Source: Cetorhinus maximus (taxonomy: Eukaryota). From it: 64,000 nucleotides of DNA. Where the stretch lies: positions 66,092,001 to 66,156,000 of the forward strand of contig NC_135892.1 in NCBI RefSeq assembly GCF_964194155.1, in the 5' to 3' direction. Below the pieces are notes generated by a model. The model was not told the DNA's origin and made no database searches. It saw only the letters and a program-made list of their open reading frames with translations. This document shows, piece by piece, positions 41,021 through 52,130 of the stretch. Position 1 is the first letter of the stretch; every line of letters starts with the position of its first letter. Both the position numbers and the translations under genes were made by a program.

Positions 41021-41954
41021 GGGTGGTATTATAAGGATAAGAGTTTGACCCAGTTTAATGTCTGATGCTATACATTGGTTTCTTCTCCCTACTTAGCCAT
41101 AGTGAATGGATTATTAATTGTGGGTCAATTGATTTGAGGTGTCTTAAGAGGTGTATTAAATGGAAGACATGTATTCTTGCTTTATAACTCTTCAAATCAA
41201 AACCCTTTTCAGTCTTCTACTCTTAACTCAGTTCATTATGACAACCTGAAAACTGTGTGTTGTAAATATAGCACAATTATAAACTTGCTGCAGGAATCAT
41301 CACATTTCTGCTGTGTTCTATGTCTGTGCTTTGGCCACTTTATATTATTTAACGGTGAGCTTTTCAGCATTGCTTTAGATTTATTTTTACAAACGGAATT
41401 CACTGTCAAGTTAAGCCAGATCTGAAGATGGCAAGGTTGAGGGGGTAGCTTTGAGTATGGGTAGGAGAGTTCATGTGGAGGGAGGCATTTAGGATTAAGG
41501 ACAGGAGTGCAGTGAATTCAGGAAAAAAGGGGGCAAGGGGAGCTGAGATGAAGACTGAAATCACAGAGGATGAAGATTCACGCAATGCAGAGGGTGAAGG
41601 AGGAAAGGAGGGAGGATATCTTGATAATAAAATCGGAATGGACTTACAAGGATTTTAAAGGACAGGTAGGGAGGGGAACAAGGTCAGGTGCTTGAAGGAG
41701 AAAAAAGTGACACAGGAGTAGGGGGAGTGACCAAGATGTAATTTGATGATAAGGGCCACACCGCCAGCACTCATTTCACGCTGGGCAGTTGGTGCAAAGT
41801 GTAAACATGTGGGGAGGCTCAAATAAGGGGCAAGGGATTGCCACCTGGACGCCATGTTTCAGTCAAACCACATTCAGGTTTCTATTATCGCCTCTCTTGT
41901 GCTGACAGCTAAAGATATACATGGGAGCTGCAAGTAGCTTGTAACTTGTTTTTA

Positions 41955-42330
41955 ATTTATTCTTTCATGGAATATGAGCATCAATGGCAAGGCCAGCATT
42001 TGTTACCCATCCTTAACTGCCCTTGAACTGTGTAGTTTTGTTAGGCCATTTCAGAAGGTAGTTAAGAGTCAACCTCATTGCTAAGTGTCTGGAATCACAT
42101 GTAAGCCAGACCAGGTGAAAATGGCAGATTTCCTTCTCTAAAGGACATTAGTGAACCAGATGGGTTTTTACAGCATTTAACAATGGTTGCCATTGCTGAC
42201 GCTAGCTTTCAATTCCAGATTTACTAATTATTTGAATTTAAACTCTGCCATGGTGGGATTTGAACCCCTGTCACATTAACCCAAGTTTCTGGATTACTAG
42301 TTTAGTGACATTACCACTACACCACCATTG
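41955..42330 (-). mobile_element. tRNA-derived SINE with LINE-shared tail
   Basis: Minus strand begins ggtggtgtagtggtaatg (A box) and gggttcaaatccc (B box); 3' ~70 bp homologous to the LINE tail at 17765-17835. Confidence 0.85.
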
Positions 42331-42363
42331 CCCCATATAGCAGATGGTTCGCTTATAGTCATT

Positions 42364-43069
42364 AGGCAGAATTTTCCATTCATCAGGCGGGCTCGGCGGG
42401 AGCAGGCAGGGGCGGTTGTGGAGCCGCCCACCACCCGCTATCGGCTCTGCACCGCGATTTCACATGGGCAGGCCAATTAAGGCCCGCCCAGCATGGATCA
42501 TGAGCGGTAGCGCTGAGCAGTACCTGTGCGGGTGGGGGGAGGAGGGAGAGTCGGGTCCAGCACTCTTTCACGCATGCGCGCGAAGGAGCATTTCAATCTC
42601 CCTGAGGCATGGAGCTGCCTCAAGGAGATTGAAGCAATTGTTAAAAAAATAAATAAATACTGTAAAAATTTTATGAAACATGTCCCCCAATGTGACCATG
42701 TCACATGAGATGGAACCTGTTTTTATTTTTCAAAGAATGTTTTTATTTAAGTTGTAATAGCTTTAGGAAACCTCATCCCGCTTGTGGATGAAGTACCTAA
42801 AAAACGTTAAGGCCGCTTAGCCTTTTCACTTGCCCACCAACTGTTAGGTTGGACGGGCAGCGTACATTAGAAATTAATTAGTTTGTCAATGGCCTTAATA
42901 GGCCTTTCAATTATCGGCAGGCGCGCAACCGACTCTGGCATGTGTTCGCTGAATGAAATATCGCGAGACAACGCGATGACGTTGGGACGCATGCCTGACA
43001 TCATCGCGCATCATATTACGTTTCAGCATGTCGGGCACGTGCCCGCATGCTGAATGGAAAATTCTGCCC
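42364..43069. mobile_element. CpG-rich MITE (Harbinger-type)
   Basis: 18-bp perfect TIR GGCAGAATTTTCCATTCA / TGAATGGAAAATTCTGCC; flanks att/atg; non-coding. Confidence 0.9.
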
Positions 43070-45923
43070 ATGGTCCCAGTGACGTTGTTGTTGAATCAGT
43101 TTCAAAGGAGCAGCTCCGTAGAATTGACACATTACTTACATATTGAAAGTTCCATGCTCATTTTTTGTGTCCACACACAACGCCTCACCTGCTGATTCCT
43201 CTTTGCCCATAGGAAAGTGCTTGGCCAAGGCCCTGTGACATGACTGTGGTTTGGAAACACATTGTGTGTGTGGCAACGTGGAGAAAAATCTGTAAGTTTT
43301 AACATTACATTGAACAAACAATGCATGGGAACAGCAATATGGTGCAAAATCATGGTGCTACCAGGCACAACCCTCATCAAAACAAGTGAAGCAGTTTTCT
43401 TTCATGGTGGTTTTTTTTTGTCATTTTATGGTGTTGTGAAATCTTTCATTCGAATTGAGATCTGGCATTGATGTAACACGCGAAGCAGGTCTAAAATTGC
43501 AGCCGAGTTTTTGGCTTGATAAAAATGACCCAGAACTGATCTGATTGTGTGCTGTCACGCCATATAAAGTCAGCACATGTCTGCCTCTTGTCCACAGAGG
43601 CTCAGGCAAAGAAGCCTGTGTTTCCAAATACGTCGAAAAATAAATCCAAGGCTGAATGCAGAGCTGCTGAGATCAGGGCTATTCTTGCACAGACGAGTAT
43701 GCATTGCTGATAGCAGAGGATTAAAATGATGGACTGCTCATCGGTTACAATTAGAAACTCTCCTGAAACTATTTTGGTGCTGTTTACAGGCAAAGAACTT
43801 GACCTGTTTATCAGGCAAACCATGAACCAGTCAATGATAATCATAGCTATCGAGATGCTGCAACTAAAATCTTATCCTTCAGTTAGGCCTGTGTAACAAA
43901 TATAGTCTGAAATATGAAGCCACAGAAGTGATCGATCTGCTGCCCATTGAGAAGAACAAGTTATTCAAAATACCCACAACAAAATTTCATCAGTAGATTA
44001 CCTGCGGACAAGATTTATTACAATTTTAATTTTTATATGATATTCCTTTTACAATGTTGTTATTGTTATATTTTTGTTATGATTCAAATAGGGAAACATA
44101 ACCATGGGACTAAAGAAGTAGTCAAAAAATCTATAGTGTTAATGAATCATTTTATTGGAGATAATTTATTGTTCACAATACTGGGGTAAAACATCATACT
44201 GATTAAATAGCAAAATGAGCAAGGCTAAACTATGGTGAAATAAAGCAAGCATTTAATGATGCAATGTGTATTCAATAACTTTAGATGTTATTGCTTTTAC
44301 ATGATCTGCATAAGACAAATGAATTACATAGATGTTACATAAATTTACTGAAGTCCATAGCCTGTACTGCCAAGTCGTATCCTCTTCCCTCAATCCCAAA
44401 AAAGTATCAGCTTCCTCAGAGCTACAATTTTTATAGGACAGAAGTTTTTGGATGATTTGGATATCAATGAGGAAGGATGCAGATCACATAGCAATAATGG
44501 GCTCGATTTTGTCCTACCATCCATGAGTCTACCGGCAGACCTGGAAGAAGTTGGGAATTTGGCGCAGGAAGGATGCGGTTACCTGAACCCAACCAAGTGG
44601 GAGCAAGGTAATGAACATGTGTGATGCAGGCTTGCCATTGGATCAGGTGGCAGGGGAGGCTCTGACATCTGGAAACCCGGGTTACCTGGTCCCCATGCAG
44701 AAGAAGGCACCATGTTTAAAGAGCAGAAAGCCCTGTTTAAAAGCTAAAATTATGCATGCCTTTCTGAGAGAGGATTGCAATTGAGCTGGCCAAATGTGTG
44801 AATGTCACAACAGAGAACCTTTGAGGGTCCAGGTAGAAGAAATGTCCATCTTTGGAAAAGTCCAGTTGGTGGCATCAATGGATTCAGCTGTGTTTTGGAG
44901 GTGTCACAATCCACCCAGCGCATTGCCCCATGTTTCAGTGAGAACTCACCACGCGACCTCCTCCAGGTCATTTGGGAATGCAGAGAGACTCTAGTTCCAG
45001 TTGATGGCCGAAAAAGACCATGATGAATGATCAAGGTCGCCTGGACGGAGGTTGCTGCAGAGGTGAGCGGCATGGGCTGCATCCGAGGCCGTGGGTCCAA
45101 TGTCGATAAAGGACGATTGGCCTCTTCCGCACTGTGAGGGTGAGTTTAAATTTCATACTGTCAAGAAGCAGATGACAGGTGGGCGGGAAAAGTAGGGACA
45201 CTGAATGCTCAAGGGATAGGTGGTCATCAATGTGTACAGTTTGCCCCCTCACCAGCTTCCATAGTTGCAAAGGCTGCAAGTGTGTGTGTCACCAGGATCT
45301 ACACCTTCCTTTGCACCTTATCCAAATTTCTGGGGACTGTGAGGATTGGAAGGAGAACTGGGCAACCTGCCACCTCATGGAACCAAGAGGCAATCCGGGA
45401 GCAGGAGATTCTCCTCAGCATCACTTGAAGCCTTAGTTTCTCTCCCCTTATGCTTGCAGGACAAAAGGGACCACAATACAGGGAAGAGATCCAAGACAGA
45501 GGGCGGAGTGCCAGAGATTCATCACTGACAGAGGCAGGGCTGGGAGTACTGGAGCTGGCAAGGGAGCAGGGTGCTTGGTCCAAACCTGATGTTGCTACAC
45601 TCCTATGTTCCTATGACATAGTTCGACCTCACATCGCCTCCGAGGACAACAATCCAGATGTCTATGAGGGCACAGTGTAATAATACCTGTCCCCTGCACC
45701 CACACTTGCTTCACTGGGGAGTCAGTCCCTGGGTAACAATCTGGTGAGCACCACACAGGTTCAGGCAGATGCAGATGAGGGAGGGAGTGACAGGCAAGGC
45801 CACTGGCAGCCAGAGGACTTTTGGAGGGCACTTCCCTGCTGTGCTGCTGGTTGATGAAGGGCCTCTGATGAGGCCACACTCAATTAGTTGGAGTTGCAGA
45901 GGCAAACAGGGAAGAATCTGGCA

Positions 45924-46052
45924 GAAAAACAGCAAATGCTGAAAAACTCAGCAGGAGATCTCTCCACAGATGCTGTTGGACCTGTTGAGTTTTCCAGTAT
46001 TTTCTGTTTTTGTTTCAGATTTCCAGCATTTGCAGTATTTTGCTTTTATATG
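45924..46052. mobile_element. Very short fold-back Penelope-like tail
   Basis: 11-bp TSD AGAATCTGGCA (45913-45923 / 46053-46063); ~30-bp inverted arm followed by the family tail; truncated before the ribozyme core. Confidence 0.8.
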
Positions 46053-46217
46053 AGAATCTGGCAAAGCTACCCGAGGCTTTGAGCAGACACACTCACGGAT
46101 GATGGAGGAGTCTATCCATATCCTGACCTCTGCCAAGTCTCAGGTACAAGAGCAGATTACTTCTTCCATGGAGAGGGTGGTGACTACCATGGAGAGGCAA
46201 GTCCAGGAGGCCACATA

Positions 46218-46416
46218 TTGAAAATCACCGTAGTCCCAGAGGACCATAGGCTGCACTCTCATTAGAGAGAGAGACGGCTGGTGGTCACCACATCTTAGGC
46301 GAGGGGTGAGATTGAGAAGGCGGGGCCTTCATGACCTCAGCCAGTATGGAAATTGAACCCACGCTGTTGGTGTCACTCTGCATCACAAACCAGCCGTCCA
46401 GCCAGTCAGCGCAACC
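46218..46416 (-). mobile_element. tRNA-derived SINE (possibly MetaSINE-type core)
   Basis: Minus strand tggctggacggctggtttgtgatgcag..gggttcaatttcc head; core ccttctcaatctcacccctcgcctaagatgtggtgaccaccag; family assignment from memory. Confidence 0.7.
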
Positions 46417-47104
46417 CTGCAGACCATCACTGGCACCATGAGCTCACTGCAACAGTGGATGAGAGAGAGGTTGCCAGTGCCCTTGGACAACTCTCCACAT
46501 GCACCTTAGTCAATGGGAAGCAGGATGGTACTATGTTGCACCAAGAGGTGGGGGAGATGCAACCTGACACCTGTGGGTTCTTCTCAAGGCACTCCAAATA
46601 GTGTTAGGATTTCCCCAGCCCCTCTGCCAGTGATTAAAACTCCTCCAGTGGCAGTGGCCACAGAGGACTCTCCTACACCAATGCAGGACAACCTTATATG
46701 CCCTGGTCCATCCAGGCTTGGGGCTGCCAGAGGACACTAGCCATAGTCATCAAAGGCCACGGGGCAGAGAGAGCAGCAGCCTGCTCCCATCACATTGCAG
46801 ATTTTGGGGATGCAGGTCGTCCCAGCATATGGAAACATTTCAAAAAGTTCAATTTTAGACAGTAAGGTTACACAGGTGTTTATATTATTACAGAAGAAGT
46901 GTAAGTGTCACATTAAAATGTTGTGCTTTATTCAGCATCTGTTTTTTCTATATGAGGGCCTCAGTGTTTCTCCTTCAGAGAAATAAGATGATTGATATCA
47001 TGTGTTTAAGGGGTACTGACTGCTTGCTCACATATTGGGTCTCTGCGTGATCACCTAAGAAGAATGTTGTGGGTTCTTCGATGCAACATTATGCGCCATA
47101 CGAG

Positions 47105-49934
47105 GCAAAAACCATAATGGGAGTTATGTACAGGCCTCCGAACAGTAGTCAGGATGTGGGGCACAAGATACACCAGGAGATAGAAAAGGCGTGTAAGATA
47201 GGCAAGGTTACAGTGATCATGGGGGATTTCAATATTCAGGTAGACTGGGAAAATCAGGTTGGTAGTGGATCCCAAGAAAAGGAATTTGTGGAATGTCTAC
47301 GAGATGGCTTTTTGGAGCAGCTTGTGGTGGGGCCCACTAGGGAACAGGCAATTCTAGATTTAGTGATGTGTAATGTGTAATTGATAAGGGAGCTTAAGGT
47401 GAAGGAACCCTTAGGAGAAAGTGACCATAATATGATAGAATTTACCCTGCAATTTGAAAGGAAAAATCTGGAATCAGATGTAACGGTATTACAGTTGAAT
47501 AAAGGCAACTACAGAGGCATGAGGGAGGAGCTGGCCAGAATTGACTGGGAGATGAGCCTAGCAGGAAAGACAGTGGAACAGCAATGGCAGGAGTTTCTGG
47601 GAGTAATTTGGGAGACACAGCAAAAATTAATCCCTAGGAAGAAGAAGCATCCTATAGGTAGGACAAGGCAACCATGGCTGACAAGGGAAGTCAGGGACAG
47701 CATAAAAGCTAAAGAGAAAGCATACAATGCGGCAAAGAGCACTGGGAAACCAGGGGATTGGGAAGCCTACAAAGACCAACAGAGAACAACTAAAAAAGAA
47801 ATAAGGAGGGAGAAGATTAAATATGTGGGTAAACTAGCCAGTAATATAAAAGAAGATTGCAAGAGTTTTTTTAGATATATAAAGGGTAAGAGAGAGGCAA
47901 AAGTGGACATTGGGCCGCTGGAAAATGACGCTGGAGAAGTAGTAGTGGGGAACAAAAAAATGGCGGAGGAACTGAATAGGTACTTTGCGTCAGTCTTCAC
48001 GGTGGAAGACACGAGTGACAACCCCAAAGTTCAAGAGAGTCGGGGGCAGAGGTGAGTATGGTGGCCATTACCAAGGAGAAGGTGCTAGGAAAACTGAAAA
48101 GTCTGAAGGTGGATAAATCACCTGGACCAGATGGATTACGCCCCAGAGTTCTGAAGGAGATAGCTGAAGAGATAGTGGAGGGGTTAGTGGCGATCTTTCA
48201 GGAATCACTGGAGTCAGGGAAGGTCCCAGAGGACTGGAAAATCATTAATATAACCCCCCTGTTTAAGAAGGGAGTGAGACAAAAGACGGGAAATTACAGG
48301 CCGAATGACCTGACCTCGGTCATTGGTAAGATTTTAGAGTCCATTATTAAGGATGAGATTTCAGAATACTTGGAAGTTCATGGTAAAATTGGGCAAAGTC
48401 AGCATGGTTTCATCAAGGGGAGGTCATGCCTGACAAATCTGTTAGAATTCTTTGAGGAGGTAACGAGTAAGTTAGACAAAGGAGAGCCAATGGGTGTTAT
48501 CTACTTGGACTTCCAGGAGGCCTTTGACAAGGTGCCGCACAGGAGGCTGCTCAGTAAGATAAGAGCCCATGGTGTTAGAGGCAAAGTACTAGCATGGATA
48601 GAAGATTGGCTGTCTGGCAGGAGGCAGAGAGTGAGGATAAGGGGGTCCTTCTCAGGATGGCGGCCGGTGACTAGTGGAGTTCCGCAGGCGTCAGTGTTGG
48701 GACCACAACTTTTCACTTTATACATTAATGATCTAGATGAAGGAACTGAGGGCATCCTGGCTAAGTTTGCAGATGATGCAAAGATAGGTGGAGGGACAGG
48801 TAGTATTGAGGAGGCGGGGAGGCTGCAGAACGATTTGGACAGGTTGGGAGAATGGGCAAAGAAGTGGCAGAAGGAATACAACGTGGGGGAGTGTAAGGTC
48901 ATGCACTTTGGTAGGAAGAATAGAGGCATAGACTATTTTCTAAATGGGGAGAGAATTCAGAAATCTGGAGTGCAAAGGGACTTGGGAGTTCTAGTCCAGG
49001 ATTCTCTTAAGGTTAAAAACAAAAAACTACTGCCGATGCTGGAAATCCAAAACAAAAACAGAATTACCTGGAAAAACTCAGCAGGTCTGGCAGCATCGGT
49101 GGAGAAGAAAAGAGTTGAAGTTTCGAGCCCTCATGACCCTTCAACAGATCTGTTGAAGGGTCATGAGGACTCGAAACTTCAACTCTTTTTTTCTCCGCCA
49201 ATGCTGCCAGACCTGCTGAGTTTTTCCAGGTAATTCTGTTTTTGATTCTCTTAAGGTTAACTTGCAGTTTGAGTCGGTAGTTAGGAAGGCAAATGCAATG
49301 TTGGCATTTATTTCAAGAGGACTAGAATATAAAAGCAGGGATGTGCTGCTGAGCCTTTATAAGGCTTTGGTCAGACCACATTTAGAATATTGTGAGCAAT
49401 TTTGGGCCCCGTATCTCAGGAAGGATGTGCTGGCCCTGGAGAGGGTCCAGAGGAGGTTCACGAAAATGATCCCAGGAATGAAAGGCTTAACATATGAGGA
49501 ACGTTTGAGGACTCTGGGTCTATACCCAATGGAGTTTAGAAGGATGAGGGGGTATCTGATTGAAACTTACAGAATACTGAAAGGCCTGGATAGAGTGGAC
49601 ATGGGGAATATGTTTTCATTAGTAGGAGAGACTAGGACCCGAAGGCACAGCCTCAGAGTAAAGGGAAGACCTTTTAAAACAGAGATGAGGAGAAACTTCT
49701 TTAGCTAGAGAGTGGTGAATCTATGGAATTCATTGCCACAGAAGGCTGTGGAAGCCAGGTCATTGAGTGTATTTAAGACCGAGATAGATAGGTTCTTGAT
49801 TGGTAAGGGGATCAAAGGTTACGGGAAGAAGGCGGGAGAATGGGGCTGAGAAACTTATCAGCCATGGTTGAATGGCGGAGCAGACTCAATGGGCCGAATG
49901 GCCTAATTTCTGCTCCTATATCTTATGGTCTAAA
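47105..49934 (+). mobile_element. Young 5'-truncated CR1 LINE, ORF2 nearly intact
   Basis: YRPPNS, MGDFN, SDHNMI, QHGF..GRSCLTNL, YLDFQEAFDKVPH, KFADD, RPHLEYC; only a few lesions (47380, ~48050, insert at 49017, stop 49706); tail tcttatggtctaaatgg. Confidence 0.96.
49017..49243. mobile_element. Loopless fold-back Penelope-like insert inside the young CR1
   Basis: 17-bp TSD GATTCTCTTAAGGTTAA (49000-49016 / 49244-49260); ~95-bp arms centred on AGATCT 49146-49151; CTGTTGA-a-GGGTC-atgag-GACTC-GAAAC-TTC. Confidence 0.92.
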
Positions 49935-49989
49935 TGGGTAAAGCTGTCGATTTTATGTCATTTAATGTGGCCAGGTGGTTGGAAGCGTG

Positions 49990-52130
49990 TAAGTATGAGG
50001 TGGTCCCTTGCCTCCTGTGTGTTAAATTCTATGGCAAGCACATCGGCAGCAGCCCGCTGATGTGGATACCCTTCAATATCACTTCTACTTGCCTATCCTC
50101 CTCATCAGATGAGGCTTCTGCCTCCTCTTCTTCCTCCGGGCTGATGTTGTCACTCCTCTGCATGACGATGCTATGCCATGAACAGCACACAACAACTGTC
50201 TGTGACACCTTTCCTGGATCATACTGACGACCACCCCTGGAAAGATTGGGGCCGCGGAAGTGCATCTTCAGACTGATGGTTTGCTCTGTGTAAAGGAAAT
50301 ATCATTTTTTTCCTAATATTACTGTGGGATAATTTAATGCAGGCTTGTGGGGGCTGTGTTGTGTGTATATGTGTGTGTGTGTGTGTATGTGTGTGCTCGC
50401 ACATATGTGTGTCTGATTTAATTAAACTTAAGACAGTCAGACTGCAAGGTTTGAATCATCAGAGGGGCCATGTGTAAAAAAACCCGGTGTTTTGAAATGG
50501 AGATGGGTAAGCTAAGATGAGATCTCAGCAGATGCAGTGTGAATGGAATTTGCATTTTTAGATAAGTTGAGAAGTTGTTTGATTTTCAAAGGGACATGAT
50601 AAGATGTTTTACAACTGGCAAGATAAATAACGCAAAGTTATTAAGCTTATTTTCCTGAAAGGGCTAGCCATAAAGACAACATGAAAGAGTTTTATATTTC
50701 AGGAAAAGTAACTTCCTAAGCAAGGGTGAAACGATGGGATTTACAGATGAAAAGGGAGAAAATATATTTAAAGAAAGATTAAAAGCTGTATGAGGAGTGG
50801 CCCTGTGAGATCTTCAGAGGTGGGCTGTGTGAAATAGACCTGTGAAAAAACAGTCTCTAGCCACCCCAGAGAATTGCTGGTTTGGTCCAGAGTGCAAGGT
50901 TTTGGTAAAAGACTTGGAGTTCCATTGTCGAGTAAGAGCAAGAGAGAAGCTGTGAAACATCTCCCTCATGGCAACAGTGGGTGCTTGTGGTAATATTTCT
51001 GGATGTTTTATAGATTAAGAATCTATTTGGGCTGTTGCTTGAAAAGGGGTGTGTAGTTGGGAGTCTGGTTAAGTAGAAAACTTTTGGGAACTATTATAAG
51101 GCTAAGTTTAACTGTATAACTATAATCTTGTGTGTGTTTAATTTTTTTCTTTTCCTTTGTTAATAAATATTTTAATTTAATCTTTAAAATCTCCATAGGT
51201 GGTAGGGGACTCTTTATTTCTGACTTTAGTATACATACCTTCTCGTAATAAATACAAATTGAGAAATCATTGTGATAGCCTGGCCAAGTTTCCCTTTGGG
51301 ATTTGGCCAGCCTGGCAAATACCACCTGCCATATCATAACATCTGTGATGTCACTTGTTGTGCTGTGACTGGCAGTGAACCTCTCTTCTGCATCACTGTG
51401 AGGAATTCTGATGGAGGTCATCAGCCCTTGTCACCTATGATCCCTCCCTTGATTTGTGGCCTTGGCACAATCAAGTGCAGCACCTGTGAGTGTTGAAGCA
51501 CATTGGCATCATGGCTGCTGCTGGGATTCGCTTCTTGTGGTCACAGATTGACTCCATATTGAATGAATAGAACCCTTTTCTGTTAATAAACATGGCCTGC
51601 TGCTCAAAAGGTGCCTTGATGGCATCATGGATGCAATCTCTATATCTTGAGCATGTGGAAAGCTGGCAATGTCTGCAAATCCCATTGCACTCACCGATTG
51701 ACTGTCCTCATTCATCTGGAATCTTATAAATTCTCCAGCCATCTTGTACAGTGCATTTGTCATCTCCTTGATGCAGTGGCGAGTGGCTGCTTGGGAGATG
51801 CTGTACATATCACCTGCAGACACCTGAAAGGAACTGGCCGCAAAGAAGTTAAGAGCTGCAGTAACCATCAATGTCACTAGCATAGGGTGTCCACTGTATC
51901 CCCATGAACCTAGGTCATCCTGCATTATAGAGCATAGCTCTGTGATGATTTCCTTGGAGGGGCATAGTGTCTTCGGGCACTGACTCTCCAACGTTTGTAG
52001 ATATGTCAACCTGATGCTGTAAACCTTTGGATGCACCAGAAGCCTGTGTTTGCTTCTGTCTTGCTGTCTGGCCTCCTGCCTTTATGCTGCCTCCTGTTGC
52101 TGCTGCTGGGCTGCCTGCACAGGTTATTGA
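49990..52130 (-). pseudogene. Harbinger A DDE nuclease (HARBI1-like) pseudogene, split by solo LTR
   Basis: AALNFFAASSFQ..GD...ISQ, FINRKGFYSFN....CD, GDKG, ITEQTI.LKMHFR, VVVCCSWHS and acidic tail; frameshifts and stops. Confidence 0.88.
50289..51341 (+). mobile_element. Solo LTR (1053 bp)
   Basis: TGTAA..TAACA termini, 4-bp TSD TCTG (50285-50288 / 51342-51345); removal restores nuclease TSDITEQTI; internal (TG)n and two AATAAA near the right end (basis for strand). Confidence 0.88.

Larger units (their letters stand above)
44880..46740 (+). pseudogene. Harbinger A Myb/SANT-like DNA-binding protein pseudogene
   Basis: RIAPCFSE..LLQ....RETLVP.DGRK, AWTEVAAEVS..RPWVQCR; intron GTGAGT 45140 to cag 45459; next exon DKRDHN..RSKTEGGVPEI; stops and inserts. 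Confidence 0.75.

Noticed and set aside
42240-42330. tRNA gene
   Set aside because: The A/B boxes belong to a SINE head; no complete cloverleaf. The same applies to 46330-46416.
45956-45961. AGATCT at the centre of two fold-backs as a specific recognition site
   Set aside because: The third fold-back has a different centre, and at 49146 the palindrome arises automatically from the fold; probably coincidence.
48052-49233. 393-aa reverse transcriptase ORF as a retron/DGR or domesticated gene with a novel C-terminus
   Set aside because: It is ordinary CR1 ORF2; the odd C-terminus is translation through the palindromic insert.
51509-52036. Host HARBI1 gene
   Set aside because: Frameshifted, split by an LTR and enclosed by TIRs with a partner Myb gene, so it is a transposon relic.
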